Below, in pieces: positions 48,662-60,900 of a DNA stretch of 64,000 nt. The notes below the pieces were generated by a model that was given only the letters and a program-made list of their open reading frames with translations, ran no database searches and had not been told where the DNA came from. The DNA is from Callorhinchus milii (Eukaryota). Numbering within the stretch: the first letter of the stretch is position 1; the number at the start of each line of letters is the position of its first letter. The position numbers and the translations under genes were made by a program. Where the stretch lies: assembly GCF_018977255.1 (NCBI RefSeq), contig NW_024704743.1, forward strand, positions 110,114,001 through 110,178,000, in the 5' to 3' direction.

Positions 48662-50699
48662 AGGTTTGCAGGTTTGTGTATTGAATAGATGTCGAATGTA
48701 TCTACTGACACTCCCTTCTCATTTATTAAAGATTATTTTTGCAAACCCCCTCAGGATGTTTATTTTTTATGTGAAAAACTGACTGTCCAGCATCTTGGGA
48801 CGTCCTCCCAATATGAAAGGTGATATACAAATATAATTTTGTTGTTGTTGAAAAGTGCTGTGTAAAATGCAAATTATTATGCTGAGTTGAAATTTGTGAC
48901 CAGTTTCTGAAGTGGTAATTATCATTGTCAAATCCTTAATCAAACGACGTAAATTTACAAATCAGATGGGTTCGCTCACTGAAGAAGGAAAGATTCTTCC
49001 CATTCAGCTCCTATTAATCTTGCAAGGCAAAATCCAGGTCCTTGCTAAGTTTGTTGGTCTCAGCTGTTATCGCTGAGTGAAAATTGTCTAGTATGTTTAT
49101 CTACAGTCAAGCACTGGGCAGCAATTCCCTGTGAGGTTTCAACGTTACACAGTATATGAAATGTAAAGATTATACCATGTTGGGCATTAGCCCAGCTTAG
49201 CACTCTTGCCCCAGGTCAGTAGGTTGTGAGTTCAAGCCCCACATCAGTACTTTAGTCTAAACTAACACTTCAGTGCAGTGCTGGAGGAGCACATTGTATT
49301 GTTGTATGAGCCGTCTTTCTGATGAGATGTTAAATGACATTCTGTCTGACAGTTCTGGTGGACATTAAAGATACCAAGGCACGATCCGAAAAGAGAAAGG
49401 AATTTCTCCTGGTGTCCTGACCAACAATCCCCCTGAATGCTATAGGTTATTCACTTTACCACAATAATAATAATAATAACCCTTGCATTTGATATAGCGT
49501 TGTCACGTCGTCAAGACGCCTCCAAGTGATTTACAGGATATACTGTAAAATAGATTGATCTATTTTGTGGGGGAACACTTTATAACAGGTGCTGTATTTG
49601 CCTAAAAATCACAGTCTCCACATTTCACTGTGAAGCATTTTGAAACATCTTGCTGTGGAAGGTGCTATATCAACTGCAATGATTTATTTTGTTATTATTA
49701 TAAAGTGCCTATAATGCTTGAATGTGTAAGGCGCTAGAAAAATGCAATTCCTTCTATTTTTCTCCTTCTAGATGCTGTTTGATAAAATGCATTTGCTTGC
49801 TGTGATTTCAAAATCATTTCTCTTCTCGAAGGCATTGATTTTTGTTTAAATTACTGCAGTTTTCTTGAAATATTCATGATTATAATAAGTACCAAATAAC
49901 AATCCCGGGGGTCAGGCAGCTTTAACACTGCAGACGGGTGACCTTTGAAGTATTTTGTGTACACTTACTTTAAATTAATGTTTGTACAGCTTGAAAATGT
50001 CAGGAATTATTAATAGCTACCCAGCGTAAATGCAAACTGCTGAATACAAATACCTGCCAGGCAAAGAAAATTGGGAAGTCTTTTTTAACTACAAAAATAC
50101 AGCCTGGAGGGCATTCATTTTCCAAACCAGTCTTCTCCTCATCCTTCTCAGCTGTGTGGGTGTCTCTCTCCTCCTCATTTCTCTGCAAACTTATTTATCT
50201 TTTTCTGCCCTATCTATACTCGACTTTAGGAAGAAAATACATTGTGTAATGTCATTGTTAGCAGAGGAGCTGAACATGTGGCATGTGATGAGTTTAGCAC
50301 GAGCACAGGAAATGCATCTTGCAAGGACAGAAAATGCGGTAGGTAGCACACAGATGGAAAATTCAGTGTGTGATGTGATAATCAGCGCAAGAGTGGGAAA
50401 TATGGTGTATAATGTTATAGAACAAGAGTAGAAAATATGATGTATGATGGGATAATTAGCACTAGGACAGAAAATGGACTGTGCAATAGTTAGTATAAGA
50501 ACAGGTTTTTTTGATGGCATCACTGCTACTGCTGTTTTTAGGCTTTTTTTTAATCTTATATTCCCTTTAATATTTTTAACTGTCGGTTACTCATCTTGTT
50601 TGCATTCTGCTGACCCATTCAGTTTGTTAAATTGCTTTGGTTTTCTGAGCCAATCGTTTGTTAGAACTGCTTGGATTACAATTTCATCCCCACCCAAAA

Positions 50700-51640
50700 A
50701 GAAACAAAATTACATTTATAAAGCACCTTTCACGTCAGGAGGACATCCAATGCGCTGGAAAGACAGAGTTACGGACCCGAACAGAGGGTCGGGAGGGGTG
50801 AGGGCAGAGGGGAAAGCAGGGAGATCGAAAAGAGGTGGGTCTTGGGGTGGGTCTTGAAGGAGGCAAGGGAGAGGGTGAGATGGAGGGACTGTGGGATGGA
50901 ATTCCAGAGAGTGGGTGCAGAGTGGCAGAAGGCCCGCCCGCCGATAGTGGGGCAAGCAAGGTGGGAGATGTGAAGCAGGCCGGAGCCCGCTGAGCGGAGC
51001 GAGCGAACAGGGTGGTAGGGAGTTTGGAGGTCGGAGAAGTAGTGGGGAGCAAGACCGTAGAGGGTTTTGAAGGTGAGGACCAGGATCTTGAACTGTATCC
51101 TCTGTGTGATGGGAAGCCAGTGGAGTTGGGTAAGAATGGGGGTGATAGGGTCGTGGAGCCTAGTGCGGGAGAGGATGATCTGTAGCCTGTGCAGGGAGGA
51201 GTTGGGGAGGCCGATAAGCAATGAGTTTGCATAGTCGAGCCTCGATGTAATGAAGGCGTGTATGAGGGTTTCAGTGGCCTGCCAGTGTGGAGCCGGGCGA
51301 TGTTGCGGTCATGGCGCAGATGTGGGTTAGAAAGGATAGTTGAGGGTCAAACAAGACCCCAAGGTTCTGGACTGGCTTAGTAAGGTGGAGTGTGCAACCA
51401 TGGATGGTGATACTGTCAGCTCCTGAGGTGAGGAGGTGCTGACGGGAGCCAATCAGGAGAGCCTCGATCTTGTTGATGTTCAACTGTAGAAAGTTAGCTC
51501 TCATCCAGGACTTCATGTTTGACAGACATTCTGTCAGCACAGCAGTCGTCCTGGAGTCAAGGGTGGAGACAGAGAGGTAGCGTTGGGTGTCATCCGCATA
51601 CATGTGGAAGTTGACCCCATGTCTGCGGATGATGTCACCA
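50700..51640 (-). mobile_element. L2 LINE fragment
   Basis: [19 protein letters not shown]...LHWLPITQRIQFKILVLTFK. Confidence 0.92.
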
Positions 51641-54427
51641 ATGATATTGTATATGCTACAATATAGCATATAGTAGAGCATATAGAGGGAGCATATAGAA
51701 AAAAAGGAACTACAGTCACCCTGAACAATTTCTGAACGATTTGCTGCTCCAAGCCAGGCTCTGCCATCTTTTCATGCATTCAAAATGCCAAAGAAGATGC
51801 ACACATCAATGTCTGTTCAGGGTCGCAAATACCCACAACAACAACAACAAAATTACATTGTGTAGCACCTTTCACATCAGGAGGGCGTCCCAAGGCACAG
51901 TGTTTCGTTTTCAAAGTTAATGGACTATTAACCTTTCAGACTAATGCGTACATTTATACATGGCTAGGAAGAGCACCTCCGGATCTCTACTCCCTACCTG
52001 CTTGTGATATTTCTGATATTGTTTCCTCCTCCCCTGAAATAGCAAGAGAGATGTAAGGTAACATTTGGACCATTTCAGTTTCTCAGTAACAGTGTTCAAA
52101 CAGGTCTGTCAATTTCTCCTGGTCTTGACCTTAAGATCATCATGTGAGACATTAAACCAAAAGCCTGTCTACCTGTTTAGGTGAACCCCTAAAAGATCCT
52201 AAGACACTATTCCAAAAGATAAGAGATTCCTCCCAGTGTCCTGGCAGATAGCCCCTCAGATGAAATAATTCATTCAATCCATGGCTGTTTGTCATGACAT
52301 TGCTGTGCACAAAATGACTGCTGTTATCACCAACAAATGCACAGTCAATACACATTGCAGAAATGTTGTGAAACACACGTGCAGAGATGAGGAAAATTGG
52401 TCTTGATTCAGAAGCCGGGTTTTCTTTATAAGAACTGTGGGTAAACTAACTTTTTTAATTAATTTAGGAATTTTTCAGAATTCTATGCCATCCTCCATTT
52501 TAAGACCATGTAAGGCTTCAAGGCTGAGAACCTGAGGGATTTCAGGACACCAGAACAGTCATAAGGGAGAAGTGAATCCTCACCAAATGTTATGGAAATA
52601 ATCGGTGGCACAGCCAGGACACCAGGAGACAATCCCTTCTCTTTTTGATTCCTGTGATGTTCAGGCAGAAGGCACCTCGCTTTAATATCTTGTCTTCTAG
52701 ATTGGCATCTCTGACAATGCAGTTCTTCCCCAGTATGTTGCATGTCTGCTGCCTGAGACTGTGAACCCAAGCCCCCCCATGCTACAACCATCTGATCCCA
52801 AGATATGAGTTTGAGTGCTACTAACTGAGCAAGATTAGAAGGGAGATGGATGGTTTTAGCCACCAGTGCATGAACAACCGCCCAAGTGATAGGGTTTACT
52901 GAAATAATTCCAAGGTGACATACTTGGCAAAGAATGTCAGAATCGGATCAACCCTTTATGCCTGTCTCGATTTGTCAAATTCGTGAGCCAAGTGGGTCCA
53001 CAGTACTTTAGGACACTGTTGATTACAGACCAGTCACCTGGCTCAATGACAGGACATGGAGGTCAGACCAGTCACTGGTCCTCTTAATCCTGCAAAGAAA
53101 TGCATGTAAGTGTCAACCACCTCGGATCATCCTTGTTGCATCTCAAAGCATTGTTTAGTTTACTTTCTGTGTGTCAGTAACTGTAGCTGAACAAAAAACG
53201 GAATTAGATGAATATTTGAATAAGGAGAATCTAAAAGGGTAACAAAAGAGAAAAGGACATTTGGATTAAATGATTATATGACTCTTCAGAGAGACTACAT
53301 GGATATAATAATTCAAATGGCCTCCCACTTGAGCTGTAAAATTCTAGGATTTTAGGGAAAGGTTGAGTAGAATCTCAACTGACTATGGATACATCTGCAC
53401 GGTTTACAGGATTTATCTATAAAGGTCACAGGAGAAGGTTGGATGAAGAAGGATCTTTAGCTCACCACCCATCGCCCTCGTCCTCACCAGGTTCCACTGA
53501 TTCCTGTATCCTAACCCTAACCCAAATCAACTTTAAAACTACATCCTGACCTTCAAATTTCTTCACAATCCTGCCCCTCTCTACCTATTGTCACCTCCCC
53601 CAGCTCTGCCAATGCCCTTGATGCTTCAGAGTTTTTCTGTGAAGCTTAGTGTCTGCATTTGTAAACGAACGCTCCTGCTAATTTACACACAGCAATGACC
53701 CACAAAATTGTTGAGAAACTCCCTTGTCTTTTTCAAATAGTGCCATGAGATTGTTACAGGACCTTGGTTTAACATTTCATCAGAAGGATGGAACCTCCAA
53801 CAATGCAGTGCCCAGGACATTGGAGTGTCAGTCTAATCTAGGAGCTGTCCGTACTAATCCCAATGCCCTGCTCTTTCCCCATACTCTCTTATTCCCTTTC
53901 TCTGTATGTTCAATTCTTGGGTAAATGCCCTGGACTGACTGCTCCAACAGCCACTGATAACCCTGCCAAGTTATCCCACACCCTGACAACCCTCTGAGGG
54001 AAGTTCTTTGAATTTCTCCTTTCACCCCCAGTCATAATCATAAATGAATGTCCTCGAATATCAACCAGCCAAAGGGTTTGTCATGATTAATTCTTTGAAA
54101 CCCTCATTTCCTTAAACAATTCTCAGTCACTGTGCCAATGCAGGTTGTTGCAAAGAACTATTTAAATTTCCTTTAACAATTAGGTTGAAAATATTCAGAC
54201 TTGGCTTGAGATGATAGAATGGCACAGCAGGGTTGTGATATTGAACAGCACTTGGCAGTGATACAATCAGATTGGAGGATCTGTGCAGCTTGGTGGGAGT
54301 TTTTTTTGGAAGCATTTCAATGACAAGTTTTGTACACGTGTCCCAATCCACAACGCAGGCACCAGCTCACACTTTGCAATATGATTTTGCAATAGACAAT
54401 CAAGAGAAGGTCAGGACGGCAAGTCTG

Positions 54428-55780
54428 CAACAGCAACACCAAAATTACATTTAGAGGGCGCCTTTCACGTCGGGAAGACATCCCAAGGCGCTGGACAGTC
54501 AGGGGTGAGGACCCGAGCATGGTGGAGATGTGGGGAAGGTGTGAGGGAAGGCAGAGAGGTGGGAACGTGACTGAAGGCACGATCAAAGAGGAGTGTCTTG
54601 AGACTGGCCTTGAAGGAGGCAAGGGAGGAAACGAGGCGAAGGGACTGTGTGATGGATTTCCAGAATGTGGGGGCAGAAAGGCTGAAAGCAGGGCCACCGA
54701 TGGTAAAGTGGGTTGGGTGGGAGATATAGAGCAGGATGGCCTTGAAAGTGTGGACGAGGATCTTGAATTCGATCCTCTGAGGGATGGGGAGCAAGTGGCG
54801 TCGGTCGAGGGTGGGAGTGATGGGGTCACGGAGCCTGTTGCGTGAGAGTACACGAGCTGCTGAGTTTTGATTGATCTGCAGCTTGTGAAGGGAAGAGTTG
54901 GGAAGGCCAATGAGGAGGGAGTTTCCATAATTGAGCCTTAATGTGATGAATGCGTGGGTGAGGGTTTCGTCAGCCTGAGGGGTGAGGTAGTGGCGGAGTC
55001 TGGCAATGTTGCAAAGGTGGTGGTAGGCAGTGCCGGTCATGGCCCGAATGTGGGGGAGAAAGGACAGTTCAGGGTCAAACAAGACACCCAGGTTCCTGAC
55101 TGGCTTAGTGAGGTTGAATGTGCAGCCATGGATGCTGATGCTGGCAGCACCTGAGGTGCGTAGGTGCTGGCGCGAGCCAATCAGAAGGGCCTCGGTCTTG
55201 TTGACATTCAGTTGGAGAAAGTTGTCCTTCGTCCAGGACTTGACGTCAGACAGGTAGTCGGTCAGGATGGCAGTAGTCCTGGAGTTCAAGGTGGAGGCAG
55301 AGAGATAGAGTTGAGTGTCATCCACATACAAGTGGAAATTTACCCCATGTCTGCGGATGATGTCACCAAGGGGGAGCATGTAGAGGGTGAAGAGGAGGGG
55401 ACCGAGGACAGAGCCCTGAGGAATCCCACACGAGATGGTGCAGGAGCTGGAGGAGAAGCCGTTTGCCGTGATAAAGTGGAGGCGGTGTGAAAGGTAGGGC
55501 CTGAACCAGTCAAGGACAGAACCTTGAAGGTTGAGATGGGAGGAGAGTCTGTGGAGGAGGATTGAGTGGTCCACAGTATCAAAGGCGGCGGAAAGGTCGA
55601 GGAGGCAGAGGGAGCCCTGGTCACACATGCTCAGGATGCCATTTGCGACCTGCTGTGGGCAGCACAGAAACCCGATTGGAGGCGCTCATGGAGGGAGTGG
55701 GAAGAGAGGAAAGAGTGAAGCTGGGAGGCAGTGGCTCTCTCAAGGAACTTAGACAGAAAAGGGAGGTGGGAGATGGATCA
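54428..55780 (-). mobile_element. L2 LINE fragment with a 387-codon open stretch of ORF2 (internally deleted, non-autonomous)
   Basis: ORF 54465..55628: [33 protein letters not shown]; no endonuclease domain. Confidence 0.93.
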
Positions 55781-57643
55781 ATAGCTGCGTTAGCTACAAC
55801 TCCTAACGATACAAATAACAGCAACTTGCATTTACACAGGACCCTTTTATGCAGATAATAATAATCCTTGCATTTGATATAGCACCTTATCACATCTTTG
55901 AGACGTCGCAAAGCGCTTCACAGAATATAGCGTAAAGTGAATTGACTATATGTTTTGTGGGTGAAACGCGGCAGCCAATTGCGTACAGCAGTGTAAATTT
56001 CTAAGGTTCTATCTTTTAGTTTGTGAACTCCGAGGTAAAATGAGACAAAGACCAGACCGAATGTGGTACAATCAATCCAGTTTATTAGTTAGCGAAAATC
56101 AATCTAACAGTTAAAAGGGTTTATGCTTGTGACTGGTAATCGGTTGATTGAACTGGATCACCGTTCAAAAGATGGAGGGGACAGACTGGATTTGAGTGGG
56201 TTGATCATCAATTGAATGCTTTGTGGATGATCTTTTTGAGATTTGTTGCAGTTAGCTGCTCTGTTCCCCAACTGTACTCTCCTCAGATGATTTCAAAGCA
56301 CTTTGCAGAAATTAAGCTGGAGCATGAGATGGGTGAGAAGTGTGTGTGTGTGCGGAGGGGGGGGGGGGGGCGGGAGGGAGGATGAAAATAGGCAGGAGGT
56401 GTCTACGTGTCTACTCCAGTGCGAGGTGTGCCTACAAAACTTCACTTTATCGTATATCCTCTGAAGGGCTTTGAGATATCCTCTCAATATGAAAGGTGCT
56501 CTACCAATGTAAGGATTAATTTATTATTCATTTATTATATGAATTATTAGCTGTCTGGCTCCGTTGGTAACATAACATTCTAGCCTCTGTCAGGAAGCTG
56601 TAGGTTCAAGCCTCCTCACCCAGATTTGAACTCCATCACAATGCTGCTTCATTGTTCGCCTACAAACATCCGCTCACTGCATTTGACCATGATTCCTGTA
56701 TGTCGTACATTCAGATATTCCGGGTGTTATATCAGACATAGTAAGGGGCTTGCGAAGGATTGGAGGATTTTTTTTGGCAACTTTCACAGATAAATAAACA
56801 TTGTCGGGTTGTCTATAATTCAGGTGCTTGGCGGGAGCATGGGGAATAAGCATGGGGCAAAGCCTTCAACATTGGTTTCCTACGCAACACTGGAGTGAAG
56901 TGCTATTATCTCTGGATCTGTACCAACCCGTGGGTACTGACTGACAGCAACTTAACGCTATAGTCACTGACACTATGGATTTTTCCCTTCCCAATGTTGA
57001 TCCTATTCCAGCTCTTGCCAGCAGGAGGTGGAAGTTCAGCAATGCTGACGTGTACCTCATTCGATTTCTTCTCTACCCCACGGCAAAGGTTGGCCCTCCT
57101 CCCTCCCAGTCGATATGTGCTGTTTCACATGCCAGCGAGCTCTGTGAATATTCTGCACTGTGTCAGCTTACAGAAACTGAACAATATTTGCAGGGACATT
57201 AAAGACAGCAGAACAAGATGACACCGTTTCACAGGATCACAAGACTAGTCTGGATGAAGAAGACCTTTCAACCCATCCAATCTCAGCAGATCAGAGTACC
57301 CCTATCCCCCTACAGCCCCCCCACCCCCCCGTCCCCCTATCACTACTTTGAGCTGCTTTTTAAATGAGTCAAGTGTCCTGGCTTCTACTGCCTTTCTTGA
57401 CAACCCGTTCCATTTGTTGATTGCCCTCTGAGAAAATAAAACTTTCTGATATCTGACCTGAAATTGCCCTTTACGTCTCTAAACCCATGTCCTCTTGTTC
57501 TACTGCCTTATTACATCCTAAAGTATTGATCTGTGCTTATGTTTTCAATCCCATTTAAAATTTTATATCCTCTACGAGGTGCCCTGAATCTTCACTCAAG
57601 ATAGAAGAGCTTGTCTAATCAAGGCTTTAGGGTTTCAAAGATC

Positions 57644-57967
57644 AATAATAATAATAATAATCCTTGCATTTGATATAGCGCTTTTCACATCGGGAGGCCG
57701 TCCCAAAACGCTTCACAGAATATACTGTAAAGTGAATTGACTGTATATTTGTGGGAGAACGCGGCAGCCAATTGCACACAGCAATGTCCCACAAACAGTC
57801 GTAGATTGAAAATGACCAATTTATTATTGTTTTGGGTTTTTTGGAGGGATTATTATTAGGCGTGTGGAGTAAGGAAACTTGCCCAAGGTTTCGCCCTCTG
57901 CCTGGAATTGAACTCAGGTCTCTCACTTGCAAAGCGAGTGCTCTAACCACTGAGCTACAGGACTCCA
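57644..57967 (-). mobile_element. tRNA-Ala-derived SINE (young short form)
   Basis: Full-length copy. Confidence 0.92.
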
Positions 57968-60900
57968 TCTGAAGACAGACACCAGGAATTATTACATTAC
58001 TCAGTGAGTGATTAACAATTGGAACTGGGGTTACCAGGAAAAGTGATTGACGCCAGGTCACTGGACCTCATTTAAAAAACTGCTGTATGTGTAATGGGAG
58101 TACAGTGGTTTGAATATTCTGGAGGTATGAGATCAAATGGACTAAATGGGCTTTCAATATCTGATTTCAATACACAATGACGACAAAGTGGAAGGTCTTG
58201 ATCCCTTCTGGTGATGAATTTAGCTCAATAAGCAGAAAGACTTGAGAGATGGAAGAGGAATACTGCATTTAAAAACAATTATAGAGCAATTTTGCGATAT
58301 TTCTTAGGAAATACAAGTCACACACACACACACACAGCTTTGAAAATAGATGGACCTGTAATGCAGTGTTCCCACCAATTCTTAATTAAGAAGTGCCAAT
58401 AAGAAATTGCGCAAACTTAGCCCCCGGTAACTTAAAGAATATCAAAAATAGTTCAATGCTCTGTGCACTGATTCAGCAGTAATCGACAAGATTATTTGAT
58501 GTTGAGTTCATAAGATTTTGGTTCATTATATATACAACAACCACTCTAGGCTTTTTAGCTTGCACTGCGAGCCCTCCAGCATGACACTCTCTAGGAAAAA
58601 ATATACTTTCAAGTGAGTCATCGGCTGATTTTATTTTTAATACTTTTTCTTTCCTCTTAATCATTTTGACCTTTTCCTTCTCCCCCATTCTTCCCTCCTT
58701 CACACTCGCGTTTTAATTTAATTTTAAAACGTATGGCCTGAGATTATTCAAATTTCTGACTGCAATTTAAATCTTTAAGGAACATGAGGATGGAAGTGTT
58801 ATTATTTTGAATTTATATTTAAATGATCAGTCATACTTGAATGGCTCAGAGATTCAAGTGGTTGAGCAATAAGCACTTGACTCCTTCCCCAAGCTTGCAG
58901 TTTTCACTTGAACTCATTTGCTTTGGTTGCGTAAGAAACCTCACGAGTTGTCAACCGTGGGGAGAAATATCTGAAGCTCCAATTTCATGGTTGGGTATTT
59001 TGTCTTTTGACTGCCTCGTTGACCACATACGAATAAAAAGAATAGTAAATAAAGTGAACATTTGATATTTTATAGAACCCAGAATATTATTAATATAACA
59101 TCAGAAAGATATTTTTTGTATAGAAACAGACAGTTGACTCATTGAGTTTAAGGATGGTTCCAGCTCACGTATTGGAGTTAACTGCTCTAATCCCAATAAC
59201 TTACTCTTACCCCATTTATATTCTCTCCCATTCAAATGTTTGTCCAATTACCTTTTTATGTCCTTTTTTAATGTCCTTGTGGTCTCACCTTCAGGAAGTG
59301 GCAAAGCATTCAGTATATTAAAAATCCTTGCACTTGACATTGCTCCCTATTACAACATCAAAATGTCTCAAAGCACTTCACAGGATTCACCATAAAGTGT
59401 AGTGACTGTGTATTTGTAGGCATATGACGGTGGGAATAAAATCAGATCTAAAATAATTGGACACGCTACATTTAAGCGAAGCAAAACTTAGTAAAAAAAA
59501 TTGAATTCATAATCTTCAGATATATGGTTCCATTTATTTGGAATTAAATGTTTTGCTTTGTGTTAATACAAATTCAATGAGTCATTGCTGCACTTAGACT
59601 GCAGACAGATAGCCCAATGTGATATGTGGAAGGAAGTTACCACCAAAGAGCCTAATTGTTCAGAAACGTTTATGCTCAAGCAAATGCAAACCATTTTAGG
59701 CATTATTTTTATTTTATTATTGCTCAATTTTTCTCATTTCTTTGCTGAAGACAGCTGCATTATCAGAGGTCCTGCCCTTCGATTGAGATATTAAGATGTT
59801 GAGATATTAAATAGGTGCTTTTAAATATAATATAAGATACACCTCAAAACGTTCCTCTTCGGTGACCTTTTCCTTCCACACCCCCCGCAGCTCCAACGCT
59901 CAGCCCAGCCAGAATTCTCAAATGCTTTTGGACATCCTCCTGATGTGAAAGTCATGGTATAAGTGTAAATTGTATTGCACTGTACTGTACAATTTATATA
60001 ATGCAAAATAATCTCCAAGATGCTATTGGAAAAGAAGTGGGAGTTTCTCCCAGCATGCTACCCAACTATCTTACAGATAAATTGACCGTTCACATCACGG
60101 ATATTTTTCTGAGGCACTGCTGGCTGCCAAGGACAGTCACTATGCTTGATAGCTCTTTGAGACGTTTCAATGCTGTATCAAATGGAAGGATTATTATTAT
60201 GATTATTACTGCTGCTGAAGCCTAACCTTTCATTTGTTAAAGCTGCTGCCGTTGACAAAGTGAACCTGACATAAATAACGGTTGTTTACTTGTACACATT
60301 AAAAGCATAATTGCTGCACTTCATATTCTAGCGTCAAACATCAGAGGCAGTAATCACCGTGTCAACCTTTTTGGTTTAATCCAGGTATCAGAGCAGAGTT
60401 CTGGGGATGTTAACAAAGTATTTATGTTGAAATAGTGTATTTTCTTTTCTATCAATCCTGCTCATGATTCTCCGCCTAAGGGTGAAAGTGTTCTTTGCTT
60501 CTCTAACGTAAAACAGTGACAAACCCTATGCAGAATTAATCAGGCCATCAAAGCATTCCACCTAACTGCAGATATGGGTTTGTTCCAACGGCGCTCTGAG
60601 TCCTATGTTAGTTTACGATTCACTAAGCCGCTCACAGGTTGGTAAGGAAGAATATATATCATGGAGCACTTCGGCATGTGTCTGAATATCAATCTGTGCT
60701 TATTGCTGTGAGGAGAAACTTTTTTTTAATATACATGTTTATGATATATTGAAGTATTTATTTAGCAGCACATTAAGGAGCATGTGGATTCATTTATTCC
60801 ATCGGTGGTCATGATAGCAATAAGAACAGCACTTGTGTGCAGCAGTAGCATATTGCACATGGTGTCTGGATTCTCCGCACACTGTACAATGCATGTGGAA

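Noticed and set aside
50030..50857. Hydrophobic ORFs (133, 110 and 127 aa) as membrane proteins
   Set aside because: No recognisable homology or splice structure; the hydrophobicity comes from T/C-rich composition.
54465..55628. 387-aa reverse transcriptase as a domesticated gene
   Set aside because: Ordinary truncated L2 ORF2 with internal deletions, a YVDD variant and read-through into the L2 3' UTR.
60572..60641. Possible cryptic exon (ctgcag...gtaagg; MGLFQRRSESYVSLRFTKPLTG)
   Set aside because: No polypyrimidine tract, no recognisable homology and no partner exons.
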